A stretch of 64,000 nucleotides of DNA from NCBI GenBank assembly GCA_000995965.1, contig LBYD01000002.1, positions 7,889 to 71,888 of the forward strand, in the 5' to 3' direction. Position numbers and translations under genes: made by a program. This document shows positions 45,484-56,200 of the stretch, piece by piece (the stretch's first letter is position 1; every line of letters starts with the position of its first letter). The notes under the pieces are model-generated. The model saw only the letters and a program-made list of their open reading frames with translations. It did not search any database and had not been told where the DNA came from. The DNA comes from Candidatus Moranbacteria bacterium GW2011_GWC2_40_12. GTDB taxonomy: Bacteria; Patescibacteriota; Minisyncoccia; Moranbacterales; UBA11712.

Positions 45484-48030
45484 ATGGCGAATAATAAATT
45501 TGTAAAGCAATTCCCTGTGACACGATTGAGAGTCGGCATATTGCAGATCGGCCTGATTTTGGCCGCGTTGTATATTGTAGCCAATTTCAATTATCTTCTT
45601 TTTCACGTTTTGGCCGAATTTTTCGGCGCGGCCATCAGCCTGGCGATTTTTCTTCTGACCTGGAATGCCAGAAAATTCGTGAAAAACAACTACTATCTTT
45701 TTTTCGGGATGGCCTTTTTGGCATCGGGAATGATTAGCCTGATTCACGCTCTCACCTACCGGGGCATGGGTATCGTGGCAGGAACAGCGGCTGATTCCAA
45801 CATCGCCACCCAGCTTTGGCTGGCCAATCAGTATATTTTGGCAGTCACTTTCCTCATCGCCCCGTTTCTTCTGGAGAAAAAAATGCGGCCGCAAACCATT
45901 ATTTTGGGATATCTGGCCTTCTTCGCGCTTTTCTTGGTGATGATCTTTTACTGGAAGATTTTTCCTGTCGCTTACTTGGAAGGAACCGGACTCACCCCTT
46001 TCAAAAAAATCAGCGAATATGTTGTTGCGGCTGTGTATATTTTTTCGCTCTATTTTTTCTGGAGACAGAGAAATCGCTTGGAGAAACGCGTTTTGCAGCT
46101 GATATCTTTCACGCTCGCGCTCTTTTTTGTTTCCACAATCTTTTTCACGCTCTATGTCGGGGTGTATAGTTTTCCAAACGAACTTGGCCACCTTTTGCGG
46201 GTCTTGGCTTTTTATGTGAGTTATCTGGCTTTGGTTGAATTCGGACTCATGAGGCCTTATCATTCAATGTTCAAGGAATTGAATGAAAAGGGAAAGGTGC
46301 TGAAGAAAGCCAAAGAGGAATGGGAGCGGACTTTCGACAGCGTTCCGGACCTTATTGCGATACTTGATACCAAACACGGGATAAAAAGAGTGAACAAAGC
46401 GATGGCAGAACGCCTCGGCACAAACCCGGAAAAATGCATCGGCCTGAGCTGCTTCAGTTGCGTGCATAGTTGCGACAAGCCCATTGACGCTTGCCCTCAT
46501 ACTCTGACCATGAAAGACGGCAAAGAGCACGTCTCCGAAATAGAGGAAAACGGTCTGGGAGGAACTTTTCTCGTCAGCACTACTCCGCTTTTCGAGGATG
46601 GCGGCAAGCTTATCGGTTCCGTGCACGTCGCCCGCGATATCACGGAGCGCAAAAAGGCGGAAAAAAAGATGGAAGACCTTGCCAGGTTTCCGCTCGAGAA
46701 TCCCAATCCCGTGATAAGAGTTTCGTCCGAGGGAAAAATCCTCTTTAAGAACCCGGCCGCAGACGCCGTTCTGAAAAGATTCCGCGAGAGCGAAAAAGAT
46801 ATCCTTCCGGAAGAATGGAACAAGCATTTTGAGCCAGCTATCAGGGCAGGATTGAAAAAAAGTTTCGAGATAGACTTGGAAAAAAATAGTTTCTTTGTGC
46901 TAATTGCTCCGATCTCCGGCGCCGATTACGCCAATATTTATTTTACTGACATAACAAAACGAAAAGAGGCGGAGGTGGCTCTCGGCCACGAGAAAGAGAG
47001 GCTCGCACAAATCCTCGACAAAATGGAAGATGGAGTATATATCGTTGACCGAAATCATAATATATCATACATAAATCCGGCTCTCAAAAAACATTTCGGG
47101 AAAAATATCGAAAGGCGAAAATGTTTCGAATATCTGCACAACCGAAAATCGCCCTGCCCCTGGTGCATGAATGAAGAGGTTTTCTCCGGAAAATCCGTCC
47201 GGTGGGAATGCTATTTTGAAAATTTGAAAAAAACATTTGATATAATCGAAACGCCTATGACAACTCCGGAGGGTACGCTCATCAAGCTCCAGATCATGCG
47301 GGATATCACCGAAAGGAAAATGCTGGAAAAAAACAAAGATGACTTCATTTCACTTGCTTCCCATCAACTCCGAACACCTCTTTCCTCCATCAGCCTCTCA
47401 TCTGAATTGCTTCTTCGGGGCACTTCCGGAGATATTCAATCGGACCAGAGAGAATATCTTGAGGAAATTCACAAAGCGACCAAAAGGATGACAATCCTTG
47501 TGAATAATCTTCTGAATGTTTCCCGGATCGAAATGGGAACTTTTTCGGTGGAGTCTGAACCGCTCGATATTCTTTCTTCTGTTCAGGCGAAACTGAAAGA
47601 ATTTGAACCTATCATTTTGGAAAAGAAACTTTATTTCAAAAAAAATATCGGAGAAAACATTCCGCCTTTATCTTTCAACACAAACAGTTTTGAAATAGTT
47701 TTTGACAATCTGCTTTCCAATGCCATTCGGTATACTCCTACCGGCGGGAAAATTGCCCTTGCCATCGAGAATAAGAGAGATTCTGTCTTCATTGAAATTT
47801 CCGATACCGGCTGCGGAATTGCCGCCGGACTAAAAGATAAGATTTTTGAAAAAACTTATCGCGCCGAAAACGCGAGAGAAATGAGCTCTGAGGGAGCCGG
47901 GCTGGGACTTTATATGGTGAAATCAATCGCCGACCTCACCGGCTCCAAAGTTTGGTTTGATTCAAACGAAATGGGAGGAACGACTTTCTATTTTTCGATT
48001 CCGATTGGCCAAGAACTGCGCCAGGCATAA
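45484..48030 (+). CDS. Sensor histidine kinase (MASE3-like membrane domain, PAS domains, HisKA, HATPase)
   Basis: NYLLFH..AE, ATQLW; PAS-ending RDITERK; SHQLRTPL, NLLSNAIRY, DTGCGI, GAGLGL. Confidence 0.93.
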   Translation: MANNKFVKQFPVTRLRVGILQIGLILAALYIVANFNYLLFHVLAEFFGAAISLAIFLLTWNARKFVKNNYYLFFGMAFLASGMISLIHALTYRGMGIVAGTAADSNIATQLWLANQYILAVTFLIAPFLLEKKMRPQTIILGYLAFFALFLVMIFYWKIFPVAYLEGTGLTPFKKISEYVVAAVYIFSLYFFWRQRNRLEKRVLQLISFTLALFFVSTIFFTLYVGVYSFPNELGHLLRVLAFYVSYLALVEFGLMRPYHSMFKELNEKGKVLKKAKEEWERTFDSVPDLIAILDTKHGIKRVNKAMAERLGTNPEKCIGLSCFSCVHSCDKPIDACPHTLTMKDGKEHVSEIEENGLGGTFLVSTTPLFEDGGKLIGSVHVARDITERKKAEKKMEDLARFPLENPNPVIRVSSEGKILFKNPAADAVLKRFRESEKDILPEEWNKHFEPAIRAGLKKSFEIDLEKNSFFVLIAPISGADYANIYFTDITKRKEAEVALGHEKERLAQILDKMEDGVYIVDRNHNISYINPALKKHFGKNIERRKCFEYLHNRKSPCPWCMNEEVFSGKSVRWECYFENLKKTFDIIETPMTTPEGTLIKLQIMRDITERKMLEKNKDDFISLASHQLRTPLSSISLSSELLLRGTSGDIQSDQREYLEEIHKATKRMTILVNNLLNVSRIEMGTFSVESEPLDILSSVQAKLKEFEPIILEKKLYFKKNIGENIPPLSFNTNSFEIVFDNLLSNAIRYTPTGGKIALAIENKRDSVFIEISDTGCGIAAGLKDKIFEKTYRAENAREMSSEGAGLGLYMVKSIADLTGSKVWFDSNEMGGTTFYFSIPIGQELRQA

Positions 48031-48060
48031 AAAAGCGCCCCGTTTTGCGAGGCGCTTTTG
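48029..48060. terminator. Bidirectional terminator between kinase and regulator
   Basis: AAAAGCGCC..GGCGCTTTT. Confidence 0.75.
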
Positions 48061-48078
48061 AATCGCAGAAGATATCGC

Positions 48079-48753
48079 CTAATTATCATTCATCCTGTAC
48101 CCAACGCCCCTGACAGTCTCGATTTTTTTCGCCTCTTTGTCGCCAATTTTTTTCCGCAAATTGGTTATATGGACATCAACCACATTGGCGAATGAATCGA
48201 AAGCAAAATCCCAGATATTCGAGAGTATTTGTTCCCGCGTGACAGTGACTCCCTTATTTCGCATAAGATATTCCAACAGGCTGAATTCTTTTAAGGTTAA
48301 TTTTACGTCTTTTCCTTTTTTGGAAACTTGTTTTCTGGTGGGATCAAGAATGATGTCCCCCGCTTGAAGAACGAGCGGAAGAGCAATCTTTGGGCGGCGC
48401 AGAATTGCCCGGATCCTGGCCAGAAGCACTTCAAATGAAAAGGGCTTGGAAAGATAGTCGTCCGCGCCCGCGTCAAGACCGTTGGCTATGTCTTTGGCGC
48501 TGTCGCGAGCCGTAAGCATCAGAATCGGAACGCTGATTTTTTGGGCTCTTGCTTCCCGGCAGATTTCGTCTCCGTTTTTTTTGGGAAGCATCCAGTCAAG
48601 AATGAAGAGATCATAATCTTTGTGGTTCATAGAAATTCTTCGAAAACCGGCTTCGCCGTCCAGAACATAATCAACGGCGAAACCCTCTGCCTCAAGGCCT
48701 TTTTTTATGAGTTTCGCCAAATTTTCCTGGTCTTCAACGACAAGTATCCGCAT
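48079..48753 (-). CDS. OmpR/PhoB-family response regulator
   Basis: ILVVED, LDWMLP, LTA, GADDYL.KPF, winged helix NVVDVHI..LRKK, TVRGVGY. Confidence 0.96.
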   Translation of the reverse strand: MRILVVEDQENLAKLIKKGLEAEGFAVDYVLDGEAGFRRISMNHKDYDLFILDWMLPKKNGDEICREARAQKISVPILMLTARDSAKDIANGLDAGADDYLSKPFSFEVLLARIRAILRRPKIALPLVLQAGDIILDPTRKQVSKKGKDVKLTLKEFSLLEYLMRNKGVTVTREQILSNIWDFAFDSFANVVDVHITNLRKKIGDKEAKKIETVRGVGYRMNDN

Positions 48754-48815
48754 AACTGTATATTATAGCGGTCTTTTCAGACTGGCAAGCCCATCCTATC
48801 CGGAAAAAAATATCT

Positions 48816-48834
48816 CTTAATGAAGGCTTAATCT
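48816..48834 (+). promoter_or_regulatory. Candidate OmpR-type direct-repeat site CTTAAT-N5-CTTAATCT
   Basis: 11-bp periodicity; same motif at 50637-50655. Confidence 0.5.
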
Positions 48835-49019
48835 TGATATTGTAGAATTCCGGGCAGACAAAGCCAACCCGGCGGATTGGAATTAGCGATATATTTTTGA
48901 ACTAGCTCGCCAATCAGATTGAAAACATGATTATTGGTCCAGCCAATTTTTTATTTAATAACGCGGAGTGAGCGAAGGATGGAAAGAAAATATCATCCGT
49001 CGATCCTCCGCAGAAACCT

Positions 49020-50519
49020 ATGAAAAAAACACATTTTTTGACATTTGTTGCGATTCTTGCCTTTATATTTGCGGCGGAAACAGGCAATAATTCCGGATGG
49101 ACGGCGACCGTGAACGCCCAAGGGCTTGTTTTTACCTCAATAAAAATGGATCCTTCCTGGACAGCCATCGCAGACGGGCAAAGCATGCAATTCAGCGCGA
49201 CGGCACTCGACCAGTCAGGCAATCCGATGGTCACTCAGCCGACTTTCTTTTGGTCAGTCGATAATCCGACCCAGGGCGCAGTCAATCAAAACGGATTGTT
49301 TACTCCGCTGTCAAACGGCCAGATGACGATTTACGCCAAAGCAGACAATAAAATGGGAACAGCGCATATCACAGTAACTCCGGCAACGGAACCCACAATC
49401 AAATCAGTTGAGGTATCTCCTCTCAATGCCAATATTGGCCTCGGCGGCACTTTGCAGTTCACAGCCACTGCTTTTGATCAGAACTGGACGGCCTTAGACA
49501 CGCAGCCGCTTTTCTCCTGGTCTTTGAACAATTCGGCCATAGGCTCAATTGACCCTGCGAGCGGCTTGTTCACTGCGCTGGCCCCGGGAATGGTCATGCT
49601 AACAGCCTCTTCAATCAAAGGAGCCGCAACTTGGATGGGAACCGCAAACGTCACCATTCAGAACGCTCCGCCAGTATTGGCAAAAATAAATGTAGCTCCC
49701 CCCAATCCATTGATAAGCTCAGGAACAACGCGACAATTTTCAACTGAAACCCTTGACCAATACGGAAATCCGATAAACGTTTTTGTGACTTGGTCCTCTG
49801 ATAATCAGTCCGTGGGAACCGTTGACCCGATAAGCGGTTTACTCACGGGGATTGCGCCGGGAACGGCAAACGTCACGGCCGCGAGCGGATCAATTTCGGG
49901 AAGCGCGCCTTTCACGGTCCAGAATGCTCCGCCGGTTGTGACGACTCTGAATGTTTCACCCTCCAATCCAAGCATCAGTGTCGGTTCGGCACAGCAGTTT
50001 TCAGCAATTTCTTTGGACCAATACGGAGACCCGATTACTGCAAATATCAGCTGGACGCAAGGCAATAAGGCAGTCGGAAAAATAGACCAGAACGGACTCT
50101 TTTTTGGTGAGAATCCCGGCACAACGACTATCACAGCTTCGAGCGGAACAGTATCGGCAAAAATAGAAATAAGCGTGAGCCCTCTTGTCATGCCTCTGGC
50201 AGGAACGAATGACAGCGGCGACCTTTCTCTTCAGGAACTCGGGATAGTGAGCGTCGCGAAAGACAAAATCACGATTCTTGCCAAAACCTCGACGGATTCG
50301 GATGCGAACTTCCTTTTAGGCACGAATAAAAACAATGTCCGCAAGAATAAGAAAAAAATCGCCCGTGGAACCGATGGCGCGACCGGCAGTGAACATACTT
50401 TCGTTTTTTCCGGCCTGCGAAAAAACAAGAATCATTATTGGAAGCTTGTCTTCGAAAAACCGGATGGGTCGCAGAAAATGGAAACAGCCATTTTCCGGAC
50501 AAAAACGCTTAAGAAATAG
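49020..50519 (+). CDS. Secreted protein with four Ig-like (Big_2) repeats
   Basis: Signal peptide; V.P....QF.A...DQ.G...WS.....G.[IV]D..GLFT pattern four times. Confidence 0.9.
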   Translation: MKKTHFLTFVAILAFIFAAETGNNSGWTATVNAQGLVFTSIKMDPSWTAIADGQSMQFSATALDQSGNPMVTQPTFFWSVDNPTQGAVNQNGLFTPLSNGQMTIYAKADNKMGTAHITVTPATEPTIKSVEVSPLNANIGLGGTLQFTATAFDQNWTALDTQPLFSWSLNNSAIGSIDPASGLFTALAPGMVMLTASSIKGAATWMGTANVTIQNAPPVLAKINVAPPNPLISSGTTRQFSTETLDQYGNPINVFVTWSSDNQSVGTVDPISGLLTGIAPGTANVTAASGSISGSAPFTVQNAPPVVTTLNVSPSNPSISVGSAQQFSAISLDQYGDPITANISWTQGNKAVGKIDQNGLFFGENPGTTTITASSGTVSAKIEISVSPLVMPLAGTNDSGDLSLQELGIVSVAKDKITILAKTSTDSDANFLLGTNKNNVRKNKKKIARGTDGATGSEHTFVFSGLRKNKNHYWKLVFEKPDGSQKMETAIFRTKTLKK

Positions 50520-50636
50520 GGAGAAAGATAAAAAAATTGAATATTCCGGACAGCAGCCCCGCAAATAACGGGGTTGCTTTTTTGATTTCTGGACAGCGAT
50601 TATCAGTTTTGTTGATTAACGAAATTTCTTGCCTTT

Positions 50637-50655
50637 CTTAATCAAATCTTAATCT
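50637..50655 (+). promoter_or_regulatory. Candidate OmpR-type direct-repeat site
   Basis: CTTAATCAAATCTTAATCT upstream of the ECF gene. Confidence 0.5.
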
Positions 50656-50700
50656 GCTTTTTATATACTAAAGCCAAGATTAATCTTTAAGTTCAAAAAA

Positions 50701-51339
50701 ATGAAAACGAAAATGACAAACAAGGAGGATAGAATTTGCCCCTGCGACCTCGCGGAATTCTGCGAAAAAAGAACTGACGAAGAAATCATCGAATATGCAA
50801 AGGAAAACAAAGATTGCTATGCCTCTCTTGTCAAGCGCTACGAAGAAAAGCTGGCACGATACGTGAAGCGTATCAGCGGCCTCACCAAAGAATCTGTCGA
50901 AGATATTTTACAATCAGTTTTTTTGAAGACATATGTCAATATCAACTCTTTTGACGACAGAAACAAATTTTCCACCTGGATTTACCGGATCACGCACAAT
51001 GAGACCGTGAATTATTGGAGAAAAAATATAAAATCCGGAGTGCCTGTATCCCTCGACGAAAATGAATTTTTGAAAAACACTATCGCGGACTCAAAAAATG
51101 TCGAGTGGGAGGTATCCAAAAAATTGGACGGCCTCAAGGTCGCCGAAGCCCTGGGAAGATTGCAGAAAAATCAGCGCGAAGCCATCGATTTGAGATATAA
51201 TGGGCAATTCAGTTATCAGGAAATCGCCTTGCGGCTCGCAAAGCCAATAGGCACCGTCGGGACGCTCATTAATCGCGGAAAAAAGATACTCCGTGAGGAG
51301 CTTCAGAAAATCAACCTATCACCGGGAATGACGAACTGA
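50701..51339 (+). CDS. ECF sigma-70 factor
   Basis: EDILQ.VFLK.Y, FSTWIYRI..N, SYQEIA..L..P.GTV...INRG. Confidence 0.93.
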   Translation: MKTKMTNKEDRICPCDLAEFCEKRTDEEIIEYAKENKDCYASLVKRYEEKLARYVKRISGLTKESVEDILQSVFLKTYVNINSFDDRNKFSTWIYRITHNETVNYWRKNIKSGVPVSLDENEFLKNTIADSKNVEWEVSKKLDGLKVAEALGRLQKNQREAIDLRYNGQFSYQEIALRLAKPIGTVGTLINRGKKILREELQKINLSPGMTN

Positions 51340-51384
51340 AAATATAAAATAGCGGAACTATAAAATGAAAGGAGGTGAAAAAAA

Positions 51385-51759
51385 ATGAACGGACAGCAAA
51401 ATAAAAAAACAGCCAACTGGCTTATTGTCATCGCCGGAATGTGGCTGATTATAGCGCCTTTCGTTCTGGGCTTCAGCGGGACGTTTTTGAGCCTGAATGA
51501 CGTCGTCATGGGAATCATCATCGCTTTTGTATCCCTGATCGCTATCGGGGTATCCGAAGAAGGAAAATGGCTGAATTGGATCAACGTCCTTTTGGGTGCC
51601 TGGATATTTATAACTCCTTTTTTCCTGATGTCGGTTGGAAACGCGGGAATGTGGAACAATCTGATAATCGGAATAATCACTGTTGCTTTGGGAGCTTGGG
51701 GAGCAGTCACAATGCCTTCCTCTTCTTCCTCTTCACCGCAGTATCCGAAAGCTGTTTAG
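51385..51759 (+). CDS. SPW-repeat-like membrane protein
   Basis: W....G.W...[AT]PF repeated twice; strong SD AAAGGAGGTGA. Confidence 0.85.
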   Translation: MNGQQNKKTANWLIVIAGMWLIIAPFVLGFSGTFLSLNDVVMGIIIAFVSLIAIGVSEEGKWLNWINVLLGAWIFITPFFLMSVGNAGMWNNLIIGIITVALGAWGAVTMPSSSSSSPQYPKAV

Positions 51760-51910
51760 TCCTTTTTATAGGGGGACAGCAAAAAGCCTTCGACACAAGG
51801 CTTTTTGTTTTTGCGGCGAAAATATAAATTTCTGAAGATGATTATTATAAAAAAGGGCCGCCCGCGCTTGGCACGGAACGACCCTTGCAAATATCTCCGG
51901 TTTTAGGGCA

Positions 51911-53017
51911 TTAACAGTATTGCCCTCTGAAATCCACTTGTTCTTCCAGTTCACCCAATTTCTTTTCTCTTTGCCGAACCTCCCCAATCTTGAAAGCAGG
52001 ATAATACGGTTCGGGTCCAATTGGATCGACCACGGAAACAACCATGACCCCCTGATTGAAAACGCGGTCCATTTCGGCCTCCTCGATATTTCCCATCTGC
52101 TGAGTGTAGTGAAAAATTGGAGGCCGCTTGATCTTATACTTCCAGATCGTCACTTTGAGATCATTTGGCAGAATGCGCGGAATATTCTCCACCATTCCGC
52201 CCCCCGTTATGTGGGCGTGGCCCGCAAATCGGACTCCTCTCTTCCGAGCCTCTTCCATTTCCGGAATCCAGATAGGGGTGGGTACCAGAAGCGCTTCGGC
52301 CAGGGAGTTGCCGCCAAGTTCGCTAAGCGGTTTCATCAGGTTGTTGATGACTCTTGCCTTGCTGCCATGGAGATTAAAAACTTTCCGGATCATCCCGAGA
52401 AAACCATCTTCTTGGATGCGGAGCCGGTGCACTTTTCGAAGAAGCGAGAAGCCGTTTGAGCCGGGACCGTGTGAAGGCCAGCCGTAAACATGCATTCCCT
52501 CTTCCATGGGAACGTATTCCAGTTCGGGATCCGGAAATCCGATGACGGATACATCCAGATCAAACATCCATGGATACCGAAACACGTCCGGAAGCTCGGC
52601 AGTCTCACCCCCGATGGGTATGCAACCCGAAGTCAGACAGGCCTCGATGATACTCTCGATGATTTGAATATGCTTTTCCGGGTCAAGCTGTCCAACTCGA
52701 AGCGTGTCCAGGAGGAAGGCAGGACGCGCTCCGGACACATACATGTCCACGGCGCTCATGGCCACGCCATTATGGCCGATACCGGTCAGCATATTTGCCA
52801 GTGCCGCTAGAATCGCCACTGTTCCAACCCCGTCAACGGATCCGCTAACTTTTCGCGCTCCGGGCGGGATGGGCATACCACCGGCAAATCCTCCGATCTG
52901 ATCTGCTGCCTCTGGCCAGTTTGCCCGAACCAGAGTCTTGATCATTTGAGCAAACTGGTTGCCCTTGTCAATGTTTACTCCTGCGCTTGCATAAGTTGCT
53001 CCAGACTGATTGGACAT
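51911..53017 (-). CDS. purM: Phosphoribosylformylglycinamidine cyclo-ligase
   Basis: TYASAGVNI, IGGFAG, VDGVGT, GGETAELP, SNGFSL, AHITGGG..EN.PR, VFN.G. Confidence 0.94.
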   Translation of the reverse strand: MSNQSGATYASAGVNIDKGNQFAQMIKTLVRANWPEAADQIGGFAGGMPIPPGARKVSGSVDGVGTVAILAALANMLTGIGHNGVAMSAVDMYVSGARPAFLLDTLRVGQLDPEKHIQIIESIIEACLTSGCIPIGGETAELPDVFRYPWMFDLDVSVIGFPDPELEYVPMEEGMHVYGWPSHGPGSNGFSLLRKVHRLRIQEDGFLGMIRKVFNLHGSKARVINNLMKPLSELGGNSLAEALLVPTPIWIPEMEEARKRGVRFAGHAHITGGGMVENIPRILPNDLKVTIWKYKIKRPPIFHYTQQMGNIEEAEMDRVFNQGVMVVSVVDPIGPEPYYPAFKIGEVRQREKKLGELEEQVDFRGQYC

Positions 53018-53222
53018 ACCTATCACCTCGCAAATTTTTTTTGAAATTTTAAAGAGAATCCCTCCATGGGATCTCCGCGATTCCCTACTTTCAGGCTACT
53101 GGATATCCAATTTTTAGGCAAGAAAAATCCCCGCCGAAGCTTCCTGCCCGGCGGGGATAAATTGTTTCACAAACTCGCGTGTTTCACGCCTCCTTGCTTT
53201 GTTTCACGCGGTTTTTGTTGTT

Positions 53223-56200
53223 TCATGCAGCCATAACTTTTTGGGTTTTTGCCCTGACGCATGCGTCATAGAGATTTTGCAACGGCTTCATCCAAGGCGA
53301 TGCCTCTAGTTTCTTGAACTCTTCCGGCAACCAGGGCCATTGCCGCAACAGAAACGCCCGGTCAAACAGGTGCGGCATCATGACGTTGTGCCGGCCAGTC
53401 ACGTCGCAGAAGCCGATCCAGCCATCCAATGATCCATTCGGATTAAAAGGATATTTCATAGTCGGTTTCCCGTTGTTGTCGACAAAAACCAGCGTAATGA
53501 GGTTGTTATCGCGGATATACTTCTCCGTGGCCTCGTCAGCCAACCAGACTTGTCCTTCTTTATGGGAAACCCAGGCCCCCAGCCGAGAACCCTCCATATC
53601 ACGGAACAAAACCGAGGGGCTTTTTTGAATCTCAAGAGTCGAAAACCTCGACTCAAACTCGCGAGATTCGTTTCGCACAAAAATGAGCGGCGGAAATCCT
53701 TTGACTTGAGGGAGGCCAAGAACTTCCATCCAGGCCCCGCTTTGAGCTCCGTTGCAGGTTCCGACAAAGAAAGTATCGTCACGAGCAAAGAAATCCTCCG
53801 CTTGCCTGCTCATTCCAGAGTTCCATTTGAACATCATGGCAACCCCTTTTCCTGCTCCAAACACGTCTTCGTTGGCAAATCCGGGAGCGGGCGCAAGCAC
53901 TTGGAAGAAGTCCAGGCTTGTTTTGCCGGAACGGAGATCGTTCACGTGGACGTCATAGACCGCAAATCCAGCTGCCCGAAATCCAGCGGCAAGTTCACGG
54001 TCGCCCGTCGAAACTTTTGCCCGAAGGATCGCCACTCTGGGTTTATCTTCCAAGTTGCGCAAGGCCGTTGGCGAAGCTACCGGGTCAAAAGTCAATTTGT
54101 AGGGCGGAGCGCTTTGCCGGCGCAGATTCCTTCTCTCCGCCCGAGCGCATTTGGGATTTATGCGGTGTTTTTCAATTTGGTAGCTGGTTTCGCGCCACTG
54201 GTAACGCAAGTCGACCACCGATTCGTTGAAAATTTCACCGCGGTCGTCATAGCGGATAATGAAACGTTTTTCGACAGTGGTATTGCCGATGACGACATAA
54301 GGAACGCCAAAGTGATTGAGGATAGCCATTATCAGGGCTTCGTTTTCGGGGAGGTATTCAATAACTTTTCTTGCCTCCTGGGAAAACAAATCGGCCCAGA
54401 CGTCGTGATGATCCAGATCAATCTCGGCGCCGCAGTCACCGGCCATGAGCATTTCGAGCAGGTTCACGAAAAGTCCGCCGTCGCCGACGCAGTCGTGGCT
54501 GGCTTCGATCAGCCCTTCGGAAATCATCATCTGCTCGGCCAAAACGGCACCTTTCAGTTTTCGCCAGTCGACATCGGGGCATTCGTCACCAAGTTGGCCC
54601 AGAGTCTGGAGAAATGCCGAACCGCCTAGGCGGCGGAGGCCATTTGCTACATCGATCAGCATAAGACGGCTTTCCCCGGGACGCTTGATATCGGGCGTCA
54701 CGAATTTCGTCTTATCCGGAACAACAACATTGCCGGTCAAGACGAGAGTTTCCGGCGATTTGATGAGTTGCTTCATCAGCCAAACGTAGAGCGACGAGGA
54801 GTCTTTCCCGCCGTAGCCGGCGATTTTGAGCGCGATCAATATGTCTTTGAGCGCCTCCATGGCAAAATACATCTTTGCCACACCGCCGGGAATTCCCTTG
54901 GCCGGCCACATCCAGTTTATGCACATCTTGATGTCTTCGAAGTCGGAGAACAGCACGCCGGAAAAGTTCAGCAGCATTTCCGCGACTGTCATTCTGGCGC
55001 CAGCCCGGGGATCAAGCATCATCATATTGGGACATTCGCCAACGGCGCTCGCCGTTCCAAAGCTGTCTCCATAGTCCATGGCTGAAATGGCAGCATCAGA
55101 AACAGGCAAATGCAGCTTGCCACAGGTTTGGTCAAGAATGCGCAGTCCCGTGACGCTCCGGTCGGCCCGATGGATATGGAATTCCTTGGAACAGACCGAG
55201 ATAAGCCGGAGAACGTTTTTGGCCGCTTCTTTGAGAGAAAGCCCGGATGGAATCCTCACTGGGTTGCCAAGATAAGCGGGTTTTCTGTCACGAATTGTTT
55301 CTTGGGGAACGGCATCCCGGAGAGCCTTGATGGGAAGATCGATCGGATTACGGCCGGTCTTTTCATCCGTGAAAACGATCCGTCCGCTGTCGGTCACTTC
55401 GCCGACAACTTCAAGCGGACAACCTTCCCTCGCGGCGATCTTGAGACAAAGCGGCAGATGATCAGGATGGATAAGCATGCCGTATCTTTCCTGGTATTCG
55501 CACACCAGGATCTCAAGCACGGTCATGGTCTTGTCGCCCACCTGTACCTGCCGGATTTTCACGATACCGCCGGCCTTTTCCACTAATTCCGTGAAGAGAT
55601 TGAGAATACTGGCCGCGCCCTGGTCATGAATGGATATGAGCGGATTGCCGAGCCCCTTTTCGACGCAGGTCCGAATGAACCGCCAGGTCAAATGACCCAT
55701 TCCGGCACAACCTCTTTGAACGGCATAAAACAGATCTTTATCCTTGTCATCAATTCCGCTTGAAGATCCGGAGCCGCCCCCGAAACCGATCTTGTGGGCT
55801 TTGCCGCCGATAGCAATGAGAAGCAGGCCTTTTTTCGCCCGACCCTTTTTCACATGCTCATCGCGGACCGTTCCAACGGTTTCCGCCAGCATGATTGGCT
55901 TGTAGTAGGAGTAGAATTCTCCGTTTGGCATCATCATACCGAAAGCACGGGTAATCCCCTGATACACCGGAACTCCGTATTTGTTTCCGTAGTCCCAAGT
56001 CCCGCCCGGCGCTTCGATCATAATCTTGAAAGGCGAAGCCATGTTTTTTGCCCGGAACCGCGGAGCCATTTTTTCCCACGGCATTACGTAACCAGGAATC
56101 CAAAGGTTTCCGGTGCAGAAACCGGCGATAGCATAGAGATGGTTTCCGCCCCGACCTTTCGCCAGGTCGTCGCGGTAGTCTCCGCCAATCCCGGTTTCAG

